A stretch of DNA of 64,000 bases from Candidatus Marinacidobacterales bacterium. GTDB lineage: Bacteria > Acidobacteriota > Vicinamibacteria > Marinacidobacterales > SMYC01. This document shows positions 49,103-58,845 of this stretch, piece after piece. Both the position numbers and the translations under genes were made by a program. The notes below the pieces were generated by a model. That model did not search any database. It saw nothing but the letters and a program-made list of their open reading frames with translations, and was not told the DNA's origin. Position 1 is the stretch's first letter; each line of letters begins with the position of its first letter. The stretch lies in contig OZ250169.1 in the NCBI GenBank assembly GCA_965237955.1, positions 2,080,001 through 2,144,000 of the forward strand. The letters run 5' to 3'.

Positions 49103-49720
49103 GTGACCAAGAGCGCACCGGAGACGAAAAAGGCGGGTCGACCCTCACGCTTGAACGAGCGACGCGGTCAGATTCTCGAGAAAGCCGCACATCTGTTCTG
49201 CCTCAAAGGCTACGATTCGACATCGATGAGCGACATCGCCGACGAAGTCGGCATCACTAAGGCGGGCCTCTACTACTTCGTCGAAGGCAAGGAGCACCTG
49301 CTGTACCTGATTACGGACTATGGCCTGGACCTTCTCGAAGAGACGGTCATCGAGCCGCTGAAATCCATCGAAGAGCCCAAGGCATTATTGAACGAGCTCA
49401 TCAAGTTGCACACCCACATGGTGCTGAACCGCCCGCGCGAAGTCACCATCATCCTCCACGAGAGAACGGCTCTGACCGGTGTTTATCGCGAGAAGATCCT
49501 GCAGAGGAAAAAGGAGTACATCAACTACGTGAGGAACTTGCTGATCCGACTGCAGGAACGAGGTGAGGCGAGGCGCGACCTCGACGCGACCGCCGCGACC
49601 TTCTTCCTGCTGGGTTCGTTGAACTGGATCTACCAGTGGTACAAGGTCGACGGCCCGCTGACCGAAGAACAGCTCGCCCGCGAACTGACCGAACACTTTA
49701 CGAGAGGCTTCTTAAGATGA
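49103..49720 (+). CDS. TetR/AcrR regulator (KstR2-like C-terminus)
   Basis: KGYDSTSMSDIADEVGITKAGLYYF, LNWIYQWY. Confidence 0.93.
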   Translation: MTKSAPETKKAGRPSRLNERRGQILEKAAHLFCLKGYDSTSMSDIADEVGITKAGLYYFVEGKEHLLYLITDYGLDLLEETVIEPLKSIEEPKALLNELIKLHTHMVLNRPREVTIILHERTALTGVYREKILQRKKEYINYVRNLLIRLQERGEARRDLDATAATFFLLGSLNWIYQWYKVDGPLTEEQLARELTEHFTRGFLR

Positions 49721-49780
49721 ACGACGAGCGTTACATTCGGCGTACGAGAGACTTCGAGTCACAGTGAGTCGTGCGGTCGC

Positions 49781-49832
49781 ACCCTCACCCCCCTCGTATC
49801 GGCAGAACTCGGGACCCTCTCCCGCATAGGGA
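49781..49832. repeat. Family D palindromic element
   Basis: CCCTCACCCCCC...CCCTCTCCCGCATAGGGA. Confidence 0.6.
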
Positions 49833-49847
49833 AGAAAACCCGAATTC

Positions 49848-50192
49848 TTAACGCGTTGGTTTGCCGACGCCGGCGGCGGAAAGCTCGATGACTTCCAGGA
49901 GCTGATCCTGCAAGTCGGGGTTTCCGACTTTGCGCCAGTGGCTCAAGAGCTTCTCTTCCTCCTTGTTCTCCGCAAGCGGCTTTCTGGTGCGGCTCTCGGG
50001 AATCAGGTCGGAAACGCTCACGCCGAGCGAGTTGCTGATCTTCTTGAGCCAGTCGAGCGACGTGCGCCGCCGACCCTGCTCGAAATTCGAAAGCGCCGAC
50101 GGCGATAGCCCGGCTTTTCGCGCCAGTTCTTCCTGGAGCATCCCCTGCTTCTGGCGAAGCTCGCGAATACGCTGTCCAACTTGTGCGTGCAT
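49848..50192 (-). CDS. XRE-family HTH regulator
   Basis: IRELRQKQGMLQEELARKAGLSPSALSNFEQG. Confidence 0.9.
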   Translation of the reverse strand: MHAQVGQRIRELRQKQGMLQEELARKAGLSPSALSNFEQGRRRTSLDWLKKISNSLGVSVSDLIPESRTRKPLAENKEEEKLLSHWRKVGNPDLQDQLLEVIELSAAGVGKPTR

Positions 50193-50315
50193 CAAATTCT
50201 CCCCCGTCCTTCTTTCGAAGGGTTCATTTCAAATAAAAAGAAATCCAGCCGCCACAATAGCACAGCGCCCACGCTCAAAAAACCTGCGGGAAACACGGGT
50301 GTAAGTTAGGTAGGG

Positions 50316-50458
50316 CAACATCCAGCATCCGGCATCCAGCATCCAGCATTCAGTTCACATCACGCCGTGCCGCTCGAAGGCGACGGTGCCGTCCCCGCAA
50401 GGCCGAGACTCCGAGGAGCTCGGTCCGAGTTGCACTGAATGCTGAATGCTGGACGCCG
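50316..50458. repeat. Family B heptamer palindromic element (both arms)
   Basis: Five CAGCATY-like units, spacer, then inverse ACTGAATGCTGAATGCTGGACGCCG. Confidence 0.8.
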
Positions 50459-50514
50459 AATCGCGTCCGGATCTTGTGCTACAATAAAGAGTTTCCATTG
50501 AGGAGGATCATACG

Positions 50515-50745
50515 TTGGATATCGAAGAGGCCGCATTGTTCGTGAGAATCAACATCGCCGCCCAGCGCGCGAGGCAGATCATGCAGGGCGCGGCGCCGAA
50601 GATCCACAGCCGCTCCCGCAAGCCAGCCGCCATCGCCGTCCAGGAGCTCGACGATGGTCTCATTGAAGCGTTCACGTCTGCAGAGCTCCCCGATCCACCC
50701 GAAGATGCCCTTCTCGACGATGAGGGAGAAGAGGCGAATTTCTAG
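50515..50745 (+). CDS. rpoZ: RNA polymerase omega subunit-like protein
   Basis: IAAQRARQIMQGA...RKPAAIAVQEL..G; extended -10 TGCTACAAT and GAGGAGG RBS. Confidence 0.75.
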   Translation: MDIEEAALFVRINIAAQRARQIMQGAAPKIHSRSRKPAAIAVQELDDGLIEAFTSAELPDPPEDALLDDEGEEANF

Positions 50746-50768
50746 GCGGGGCCTCTACACCTTTCGGT

Positions 50769-51971
50769 TCAGCTGACGATCCCCTCCACCCGTTCTTTCT
50801 TCAAGAACGTCTTGAGCGCGTCCGCCGTCGCGGTGACCCTGTCGAGATGGTACTTGGATAGCACGTCCTTCATGTAAGGATGGTGCCGCACGAGCTCCCG
50901 CAGCTCGTCCTCTTCGATTTTGAGAAGCTCGGTGTCCTCGAGCGCATGCACGGTGGCGGTTCGCGGTACGCCGGTGAGAAACGCGACCTCTCCGAAAAAC
51001 TGATGCCAGCCGAGGGTCGCAAGCTCGACGAGCTCGCCTTGAATCGTAGCTTTCACCGTCAGCGAACCTTCCTTGATCACGAAGAGTGCCCCGCCGTGCT
51101 CACCTTCCTGAAAAGCGTCCTGCCCCTTCGATATTGTCACCAGCTTGAAGCGCGGCGCGAGCCGGGCGCGGTCCTTCGACGGTAGCATTTCGAACAGAGG
51201 TGACTGCGACAGCACGTTCACCAGCGCTCGATCGCGGAACATGGTGAACAGGACTTCTGCCAGCCGCGGCTGGTTCTGGACGACCCCACGCATCTTGTCG
51301 GCAGACAGCTCGAGAAGCTCGGAGCGCTCGATGGCGCGCACGGTCGCGGTCCGCGGTGTGCGCATGAGAAACGAAAACTCGCCGAAACACTGTCCCGAAG
51401 ATATCAGCCCGAGCTTCGATCCGGCCGCTTTGGCTTCGAGGAGCCCTTCGTTCACGAAGTAGAGCGATTCGCCCGCATCCCCTTCCTGAAACAGTATCTG
51501 TTCTTCGGAAAGTTCGTGGCGTCTCATGGTCGCGGCGACGTCGGATAGCTCTTCCGGCGTCAAATCCGACAGAAGCGGAATGTCGTCGAGGGGCGTGATC
51601 GGTCGGACGGCCACGGTTTGCGCGGCTTTGGCTTTCTGCTCGTCGCGAAGGCTCTCGACTTTCACTTTTGCTACGTAGGCCAGTGGGTTGTCGAACTTGG
51701 GGTCGATTTCGACGACTTTGAGGCCCGCGGTGATGGCACCAAGAACGTCGCCGTCCACGACGAGCTGCTCCTGGATCTTGACGTATTGGGAGATTGCCGC
51801 ATCTCGATTTCCCATCTCGAGCTGCACATCAGCGAGCTTTCGCCTGACGTCCGCGTCTGACGGGAACTTCGCAACGGGGCTCTGGAGAGCATCAGCCGCC
51901 TTCTCGAGCTTGCCGGACCGGCGAAGCCTTTCGGCCGCGCGAAGCTCGGCTGCGCTCGTGACATTGCTCAT
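50769..51971 (-). CDS. TPR plus tandem cyclic-nucleotide-binding domain protein
   Basis: N-terminal TPR helices; FGEFSFL..PRTATV and FGEVAFL..PRTATV. Confidence 0.88.
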   Translation of the reverse strand: MSNVTSAAELRAAERLRRSGKLEKAADALQSPVAKFPSDADVRRKLADVQLEMGNRDAAISQYVKIQEQLVVDGDVLGAITAGLKVVEIDPKFDNPLAYVAKVKVESLRDEQKAKAAQTVAVRPITPLDDIPLLSDLTPEELSDVAATMRRHELSEEQILFQEGDAGESLYFVNEGLLEAKAAGSKLGLISSGQCFGEFSFLMRTPRTATVRAIERSELLELSADKMRGVVQNQPRLAEVLFTMFRDRALVNVLSQSPLFEMLPSKDRARLAPRFKLVTISKGQDAFQEGEHGGALFVIKEGSLTVKATIQGELVELATLGWHQFFGEVAFLTGVPRTATVHALEDTELLKIEEDELRELVRHHPYMKDVLSKYHLDRVTATADALKTFLKKERVEGIVS

Positions 51972-51978
51972 TGTCTCG

Positions 51979-52562
51979 TCACCGTGCGTCCCCATTGATC
52001 TCGTCGAGCTGGTCGAGCCTTTCGTGGATGCGCGCTCCCTCAGCCCGCCGAGGCCGGAGCCCTCGAGGAGGGGGCTCACCTCGGCGACGAGCTCGGTCCA
52101 CGCCATCCAGCGAGCCGATTCAATCTCGTCGCGATCGTGTGGGGCGATCTCAGTCTCCGTGTCGCCGTCGAGCAGGCTTGCGAGCATGACGTGCGTCGTC
52201 CATTTCGCATTATCCCCGTTGAAGGTGAAGCTCGCGTGGATCTGCAAGAGGTAGTCTTCCATCTTGACGGAGAGGCCCTTCTCCTCGTCGGCCTCGCGCA
52301 CCGCTCCGTCGACGAAAGACTCCTCGGGATGGATGCCGCCCGACGGAATCCGAAACGCGCCGGCCGGATAGCCGGGCTTGCGGATGACCGCGGCTTGATC
52401 CGCTCTCATAATCAGGAGACTGACGTCGTGAGCGCGTCCTCGCTCTCGATGCCGCTCTACTTCACGAAACTCTTTCTCGGTGAGGGGGACGTCCCATCGC
52501 TCTATTGTCGGTTCACCGAACTCTAGGACGAGCTCTTGAACGATGTGCCGTCCAATATGCAT
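51979..52562 (-). CDS. NUDIX hydrolase, apparently fused to the downstream gene by a frameshift near 52035
   Basis: PSGGIHPEESFVDGAVREADEEKGL Nudix box; alternative frame RIHERLDQLDEINGDAR-stop at 51979. Confidence 0.7.
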
Positions 52563-52581
52563 GGCAAGGCCGCTCCCGGGC

Positions 52582-53106
52582 TCAGCTCTCCCCCGAACGC
52601 TCGTTCACAAGCGCCACCAGGTCACGTATCACCGAGGGCGCAACCCAATCGCGCTCTCCAACGACTTTGGACTTCACGCGGCCGTCGCGACCGATGATGT
52701 ATGTCTCCGGATACTTGAACGTTTGATACAAACGGGACGTTCTCATCCCTTCGTCGTGCAGGATGGTGAACGTCAGCTCGAAGGTCTCGACGAACCTCCC
52801 GATGTCCTCGAAACGCTCGTCGACCGACACCGCGACCACCGACAGACCCTTAGCGCCGAGCGCCTCGTGAAGCTTTTGAAGCGACGGCATTTCGTCGACG
52901 CACGGCCGACACCAGGTCGCCCAGTAGTTGAGAACGACGACACGGCCGCTCAGATCGGCGAGCTCGTGCAGCTGCCCTTCGAGATCTGGAAGGGTGAAGC
53001 CGGGTGCGAGATCGCCCACTTGCGGGCCGGGGTCCTTCCTGCACGAAAACGACCCGAGAACGAAGATTGCTGCAAAGAGTGAAACGGATCTGCATTTAAG
53101 ACGCAT
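52582..53106 (-). CDS. TlpA/ResA disulfide reductase lipoprotein
   Basis: LNYWATWCRPCVDEMP, YPETYII. Confidence 0.92.
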   Translation of the reverse strand: MRLKCRSVSLFAAIFVLGSFSCRKDPGPQVGDLAPGFTLPDLEGQLHELADLSGRVVVLNYWATWCRPCVDEMPSLQKLHEALGAKGLSVVAVSVDERFEDIGRFVETFELTFTILHDEGMRTSRLYQTFKYPETYIIGRDGRVKSKVVGERDWVAPSVIRDLVALVNERSGES

Positions 53107-53935
53107 GCGTCGAGTCTCGGAGCTCAGCCGAGTTCTTGAGAGCAGAGACGTTCGCGAACGCGCGTGCCGGGTCATCGGTCATGATACCGTCGACGCCCCA
53201 ATCCAAAAGTCGCGCAATGTGGACGGGCTCGTTGACCGTCCACACGTGCACTTCGACGCCGAAGCCGTGGACCGCTTCGATGACGGGCTTCGACACGACC
53301 CGCCGGAGGCCCTTGTACTCCGGCACCTGAAACGCGACGCCAGGCGCACGGTAACCGGCGAGCTCCCCGCCGCGGAGTCGCATGAGAAAGTCGCGCACCT
53401 CGTCCTTACTGAAGCTGGTCGCGACCGTCGGAGCAACTTCGCGAAAGCGGGCGAGAATGTCGTGCTCGTGTGATGCCACGATAACGCGATCCTCTGCGCC
53501 ATGCCGGGCGAGCATGTTGGCGACGGCTCTCTTGACCCCGTCCCGCGTTCGTTTGATCTCGAGGGTGACGCCGGTGTCGGCGAACGTGGTGAGCACTTCA
53601 TCGAGGGTGGGAATCGTGAGCCCCTTCTCGCGATACGGAAACGTGCGCTCGTAGTCGGTCGAGAACTTATAACCGGCGTCGAGCTGGCGGAGCTCCGCTA
53701 ATGTCATGTTCTCCACGCGGCCTCGCCGGCCGGTGGTTCTCGAAACCGAGTTGTCGTGGATGATGACGGGCTCGCCGTCGGCGCTAAGATGGATGTCCAT
53801 CTCCAGGTAGGGAGCACCTTGCTCGCGAGCGAGACGGAACGACTCGAGCGTGTTCTCGGGCGCGGATGCGCTCGCGCCTCTGTGCGCGAACACGCGGGGC
53901 CCGGGACCCGAGAAGAAACCGTTGATTGACGACAC
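53096..53935 (-). CDS. Glycerophosphodiester phosphodiesterase
   Basis: AHRGAS..PENT, EMDIH, IHD, HVWTVN, GIMTD. Confidence 0.93.
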   Translation of the reverse strand: MSSINGFFSGPGPRVFAHRGASASAPENTLESFRLAREQGAPYLEMDIHLSADGEPVIIHDNSVSRTTGRRGRVENMTLAELRQLDAGYKFSTDYERTFPYREKGLTIPTLDEVLTTFADTGVTLEIKRTRDGVKRAVANMLARHGAEDRVIVASHEHDILARFREVAPTVATSFSKDEVRDFLMRLRGGELAGYRAPGVAFQVPEYKGLRRVVSKPVIEAVHGFGVEVHVWTVNEPVHIARLLDWGVDGIMTDDPARAFANVSALKNSAELRDSTHAS

Positions 53936-54071
53936 CTTGATCCAGTTAGCTTTCAGCTTTCATTGATTCGATGTCTCGATGTCACGAACATTACGCGCCC
54001 TCGCGGGGAGGCGGAGGCGCTGAGCTACCCTGTTGCGGGAACGATTGTCTATATCTCTATTATCCGGAACG

Positions 54072-56591
54072 TTACCGCTCCAAGTCAAAAGCGGGGGGTG
54101 CACCCACGCGAACTCCCAGATCCCGGTGATCGGTGGCCTCGGCGTCGAGCTCCGACGGACGAAATCCACCCTCGCTTTCGACACTGAAAACCGAAGCCCC
54201 GTCTTCCCGCGGCACGAAAAACGTCGCCTGTGCCCACGGGGCGAGATCGAACCGCTCGGTACCGGACGCGGTGTGGACGAGGACGGTATTGTCACGACCA
54301 CCGTTCGAGAGCCCGAGCTCGGCATCGGACTCGAGAGGGGACTCGAGAGCGAACACGGCGCGTGCCGCCCGCTTCACCCAAAAGCCCTTTGGATCGAGGT
54401 AGGCTTCGTCATCAAAGCTGTGGAGACGACGTCGGCCGGACACCGGCAGGCTTCTCTGAGCCACGGGGACGGCTCCGCGAACGCTTTCGAAATGGAGCTG
54501 GGGCGGCGGATCCTCGAGGCGGTTCGCGCGGACACGGAACCTCAAAAACGCCACCGCGGACTCGAAGCGAGTACTTTCGACTTCGAAACAATTGCGGTCG
54601 TTGCAAGGCGCCCACCCTTTGAGAGCGATTCCGCTCACGCGATACCGGCCCGACGGGATCGAATACGGAAGACTCCACCAGCGGCGTGGGTCTCCGTCGG
54701 GCCGGAGCGGCATCAAACGAAGCGCGACCCGATCCATCACTGCATCGGTGTCGAGACGCTCGAACGATGGCAGCGCAAGAAACCGATCCGGTTGCCGGTC
54801 GGCAAGTTGTCGCATGAACCCCGAGACCCAGCGTCCCGACTGCGTGCGCGGTTGGGTGACGCCGGTCAGATCCTGAGCCCATGCCGCAGCGAGCAAGAGC
54901 ACAGCGAACGCCGGCAGTCGCACGGCTTGGCGGCGATACTGAAGCAAACACGCAACTACGACGACCCCGAGCCCCACCAACGCCCAAACGAGCGAGCGAG
55001 GATCGTTCCTGACGATGGACGGAAGATAGGGTGTGAGGTCCCAGGAGCTCGACAGGACTTCCCACAACCGCCCGGTGCCGTCGCGCGCGTTCAAGTACAG
55101 CGGCTGACCTGGCAAGAATACCGTGAACGCGGCGATGGAGAGACTGATGATCAGGAGCGCGGGCAGCCAGGGAGCGATCCCCCACTTCCTCTCCCACGAC
55201 CAAAGACAACCGGCAGCGAGCGCCACCAGCGGCAGCGCGGGGAAAAGAAACCTCGCGGGCGGCGAATTGCCTCCCGACCACAGCGGGTGGGCCGCGCCGG
55301 GAAGGGCGACCGCGGCGAGAACGCAAACGGCGGCCACCCCGAAAAACGGGTGCCGCCGCACCAGTGCCACGAGACCGACGAGACCAACGAGATAAACCGG
55401 CGCGAATAGCCCTAGGCCGTACTCCTGATCGAAGAGGAGTCCGAGCACTCCAATCGGAATTCCACTGATGAAGATTCGTTGGCGTCCGTAGGAGGACGTG
55501 GGATCGAAGCTTCCAATGGTGTAGTAGAAAAACACCAGGAAAGCGATCGCACCGACCGACGCTCCCACACCGATGGCGATGCGCGCGCCCTTGGACCGAG
55601 CTCGGACCAGGAGCGAAAACCATAGAACGAGCGCGAGCGGCACGAACTTCATATGCAAGAACGGGAGCGTGCCGACGAGGATCGAGAACCCGAGTGAGAC
55701 GTAAGGACGTTCAGGTGCCGACCTTAGGAGCCGCACGAAAACGACCATCACCACGACCGCAGCGGGAAGCTCGGGATACGCCGAGACACAGAGAAAAAGC
55801 GCGGGAGATGTCAGAGCGAACGCAAACGCCGCCAACGTCGCGGCCTCGTCGCTCACACCGAGGTGGCAGCCGACTCGAAAAATGCTACCGACGAGCAGCG
55901 TGCCGAGAAACGCCAACGTCACCAGAACACCGCTCATGCCCGCCACGGCATAACCTGGGACGAGGAGCAGCGGCAACCCAATCCCGTGAACGGAGTACGG
56001 AGTGCCAGCGGCGAGGTGCGGTCCTATTTTCCCATTATAGAAATGCTGATAGTCCGCTCGGTTGTAATTGTTCTGGACTCTGAGGTCACCATCTTCGAGG
56101 ATGCTGTACGTGATGAGCAGATAGTGCGGTTCGTCTCCCGACAGACCGACGTCGTTCGACATCTTGAACCCGACCGCTACGAAAACACAGAACGCCACGG
56201 CGCTCACGCGATTCGCGGTCATGCCTCCAGGCATTCGGCCGAATCGCCAGACGAGCGACAGAGCGCATCCCACTAGAACGAAATCGAGAAAACGACCCGA
56301 GAACGCGGCGAGAAAGGGCGCCACGTCAAACGCTTTCGGCACGAAGATCGCGGACGCGGTGAGCCCCGCTATTAGAAAAGGCCCCGCGGCCCGACGCGGC
56401 AAGAAAACCCCGAGCCCGGCACCGAGACCCACCGTCGCGAAGATCCACGAAAACGAAGGGAGCGACGTCAAAAGCCAGGGCGCACTCGTCTCCGACGTCA
56501 CGTCGAAAACCGGGATGCGGTATGCGGATCGCAACGCGAGCGCAAGGCCGAGCGACGCGCCCGCCGCGACGGACACGATTCGGTTTTTCAC
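54072..56591 (-). CDS. Large multi-TM GT-C-like glycosyltransferase
   Basis: SGDEPHYL..SILEDGDL, YPE, LLFDQEYGL, PARF; more than 12 TM helices. Confidence 0.7.
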   Translation of the reverse strand: MKNRIVSVAAGASLGLALALRSAYRIPVFDVTSETSAPWLLTSLPSFSWIFATVGLGAGLGVFLPRRAAGPFLIAGLTASAIFVPKAFDVAPFLAAFSGRFLDFVLVGCALSLVWRFGRMPGGMTANRVSAVAFCVFVAVGFKMSNDVGLSGDEPHYLLITYSILEDGDLRVQNNYNRADYQHFYNGKIGPHLAAGTPYSVHGIGLPLLLVPGYAVAGMSGVLVTLAFLGTLLVGSIFRVGCHLGVSDEAATLAAFAFALTSPALFLCVSAYPELPAAVVVMVVFVRLLRSAPERPYVSLGFSILVGTLPFLHMKFVPLALVLWFSLLVRARSKGARIAIGVGASVGAIAFLVFFYYTIGSFDPTSSYGRQRIFISGIPIGVLGLLFDQEYGLGLFAPVYLVGLVGLVALVRRHPFFGVAAVCVLAAVALPGAAHPLWSGGNSPPARFLFPALPLVALAAGCLWSWERKWGIAPWLPALLIISLSIAAFTVFLPGQPLYLNARDGTGRLWEVLSSSWDLTPYLPSIVRNDPRSLVWALVGLGVVVVACLLQYRRQAVRLPAFAVLLLAAAWAQDLTGVTQPRTQSGRWVSGFMRQLADRQPDRFLALPSFERLDTDAVMDRVALRLMPLRPDGDPRRWWSLPYSIPSGRYRVSGIALKGWAPCNDRNCFEVESTRFESAVAFLRFRVRANRLEDPPPQLHFESVRGAVPVAQRSLPVSGRRRLHSFDDEAYLDPKGFWVKRAARAVFALESPLESDAELGLSNGGRDNTVLVHTASGTERFDLAPWAQATFFVPREDGASVFSVESEGGFRPSELDAEATDHRDLGVRVGAPPAFDLER

Positions 56592-57133
56592 GTGAAGAGA
56601 GGATGCGTCCGTAGATAAGACAGGGCGATGATCGTTTTCGCGTCCCGAACGTCTTTGCCGATCTCGAGAGAGAGCGCCTCGTTCAAAGAAAGTTCGACGG
56701 GCTCGAGGCTTTCGTCGTCGTCGAGCGAGCCTTCACGCCGCTCGAGCTCGGTCGCGACGAACAGATGCATGAGCTCCTCGAGCACTCCGGGCGACGGAAA
56801 GAACTCGGTCAGCTTTTCGAGCCGGTTCGGGTAGTAGCCCGTCTCTTCGACGAGCTCGCGACGCGCCGTCTCCTCGGGCCGCTCCCCCGGATCGATGGTC
56901 CCGGCGGGCGCCTCGAGAAGGAACTCTCCGGCGGCGTAGCGATACTGCCGGACCAGCACGACTTTGCGATCGTCGGTGACGGGAAGGAGCACGGATGCGC
57001 CGGGATGCCGCAGCACTTCACGCTCGACTTCCATGCCCGAGGGCTCGATGATGCGGTCGACGTCGAGGGTGACGATCCGACCCTCGAAGATACGGCGCCG
57101 CTCGAGAAGTCGGGCTTTGCCGTCACCACCCAC
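56588..57133 (-). CDS. ADP-ribose pyrophosphatase-like NUDIX hydrolase
   Basis: HPGAS, VRQYRY, PAG..DPGE...ARRELVEETG, SPG, DAKT. Confidence 0.9.
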   Translation of the reverse strand: MGGDGKARLLERRRIFEGRIVTLDVDRIIEPSGMEVEREVLRHPGASVLLPVTDDRKVVLVRQYRYAAGEFLLEAPAGTIDPGERPEETARRELVEETGYYPNRLEKLTEFFPSPGVLEELMHLFVATELERREGSLDDDESLEPVELSLNEALSLEIGKDVRDAKTIIALSYLRTHPLFT

Positions 57134-57190
57134 GCCGCCGATTCTAACATGCCGCGAAGTCGGGTACTTAGTGGCTGTTTCCGAAAAACA

Positions 57191-57275
57191 AACGCAAAGG
57201 CGCCAGGACGCAAAGACGCAAGGAGACCGATCTGCGCCGAAGGCGCTTCACTTTGCGCCTTTGCGCCTTTACGTT
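57191..57275. repeat. Family A octamer palindromic element
   Basis: AACGCAAAGGCGCCAGGACGCAAAGACGCAAG...CTTTGCGCCTTTGCGCCTTTACGTT. Confidence 0.8.
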
Positions 57276-57305
57276 GAGTTTTTCTAGTCGGAAGACCGCG
57301 GCTAG

Positions 57306-58280
57306 TTACATCGTGGGTTGATCGGGGAAGGCGTAATACCCCTGGCGGGTTCTCACGACCAGGTCATCACGGTTCTTGATCCGCACCGAGATCGTGTGCC
57401 ACTCGCCGGTCTGCTCTTTGTTGGAGGGCACATAGGCGAGCCGATACTGGCTGTGCAGCTCGTCCTGAATCTGTTCGAAGTCGCGGTTGAGGTCGCCGAT
57501 CCCTTTCGGGAAGAACGCGGCTCCTCCGGTCTCCTCGGCCAGCTTCTTCAGGAATCCTTTGTTCACGCCGCGCGAGCCCGCGCCGCGTTGACCTCGGAAC
57601 CCGACGCTGTAAATCGTGACCTCGGAGAACTTCGCCCCTTCGATCGCATCTTTTTTAGTCGCCTCGCTCCCCTGTCCTATCGACCGGGAATCGTCACCGT
57701 CGGTGAAGACCAGAAGGGCTTTGCGGCCCTCGGCCTCCGAGACCTTGTCGAGAGAATACAAGATCGAGTCGTACAAGGCCGTCCATCCAGCGGGATACAG
57801 CGATTGGATCGTCTGTACGAGACGGTCGATATCGTCCGAAAAATGCGAGCTGAACCGGATGTGCTCGTTGAAATCGGCGATGATCGCTTTGTCACCGTCC
57901 CAGAGTTTGCCGACGAAGTTCGATGCTGCCTCTTTGATGCCGTCGACACTCCCACGCACGCTCGTGGAGGCATCGAGCAAGAGCAACAGCGTCACGGGAG
58001 TCACCTCAGACGTGAAAAAGTCGACCTCCTGGCGGGCGTTGTCTTCATAGACCTCGAAGTCCTCGACACTCAGGTCCGGAATGAAACGACCCTTCTTATC
58101 GGTAACGACGACGCTCAAGTTGACGGCTTGGACAGTCGCCCGGAACTGAAACCGGCCGTCCTCAGCTTGTGGCTGGTTTTCCTGGGCAGGGGCCGATCCC
58201 GCTCCTACTACGAATGACATCGACAGGACGACGGTAACGAGCGGCAGGGACAGGAGATAGGATCGAGTGCGCTTGGCCAT
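57306..58280 (-). CDS. VWA domain protein (acidobacterial type)
   Basis: VTDKKG..DFEVYED, DASTS, TALYD, FTDGDD, ETGG, QYRLAY, RTRQGY. Confidence 0.9.
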   Translation of the reverse strand: MAKRTRSYLLSLPLVTVVLSMSFVVGAGSAPAQENQPQAEDGRFQFRATVQAVNLSVVVTDKKGRFIPDLSVEDFEVYEDNARQEVDFFTSEVTPVTLLLLLDASTSVRGSVDGIKEAASNFVGKLWDGDKAIIADFNEHIRFSSHFSDDIDRLVQTIQSLYPAGWTALYDSILYSLDKVSEAEGRKALLVFTDGDDSRSIGQGSEATKKDAIEGAKFSEVTIYSVGFRGQRGAGSRGVNKGFLKKLAEETGGAAFFPKGIGDLNRDFEQIQDELHSQYRLAYVPSNKEQTGEWHTISVRIKNRDDLVVRTRQGYYAFPDQPTM

Positions 58281-58452
58281 GATTCGTGTTTCGCCTCTCC
58301 GTGTCGGCGTGAATGGGGGCTCGGCGTCGACGCTGTTTATAGCCGCAGTCTAGCACACGGCCCGCCGCCGCCGCGGCTGGCACCGGACGCTGAATATTTG
58401 TCCCGTTGGCCTATTTTAGCTACACTGCCAAAATAGCGATGCCAAAATAGCG

Positions 58453-58845
58453 ATGAACGACAAACGCCTGTTCACCGTTCAGGAAGCGAACGAGCTCATT
58501 CCATTCCTCAGCAACAAGTTGCAGGAGCTCCGTCTCGCACATGGGAAGCTCGAAGTGTGGTCGCAAGACATGCCGTCGCCGCACGAAGTTTCGCTCGCGG
58601 GCGGCATGTTGGCCGATCCTCAATACGTGTCGCTCTTGACACGCTTCCAGGCACTCATCGAGGAGATCTGCTCCGAAGGTTGTTACCTCACAGACCTGGA
58701 CTCCGGCCTCATCGACTTTCCTACGGTTTGGGAAGGCCGGGAGGTCTACCTTTGTTGGAAGCTCGGTGAGTCCGAGGTCGAGCATTGGCACGAGATCGAG
58801 GCGGGTTTCGCCGGCCGCCGCTCACTCAAAGCCGACCCCGCTTAA
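58453..58845 (+). CDS. DUF2203 family protein
   Basis: FTVQEAN, GLIDFP, YLCWKLGE, WHEIEAGFAGR. Confidence 0.9.
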   Translation: MNDKRLFTVQEANELIPFLSNKLQELRLAHGKLEVWSQDMPSPHEVSLAGGMLADPQYVSLLTRFQALIEEICSEGCYLTDLDSGLIDFPTVWEGREVYLCWKLGESEVEHWHEIEAGFAGRRSLKADPA

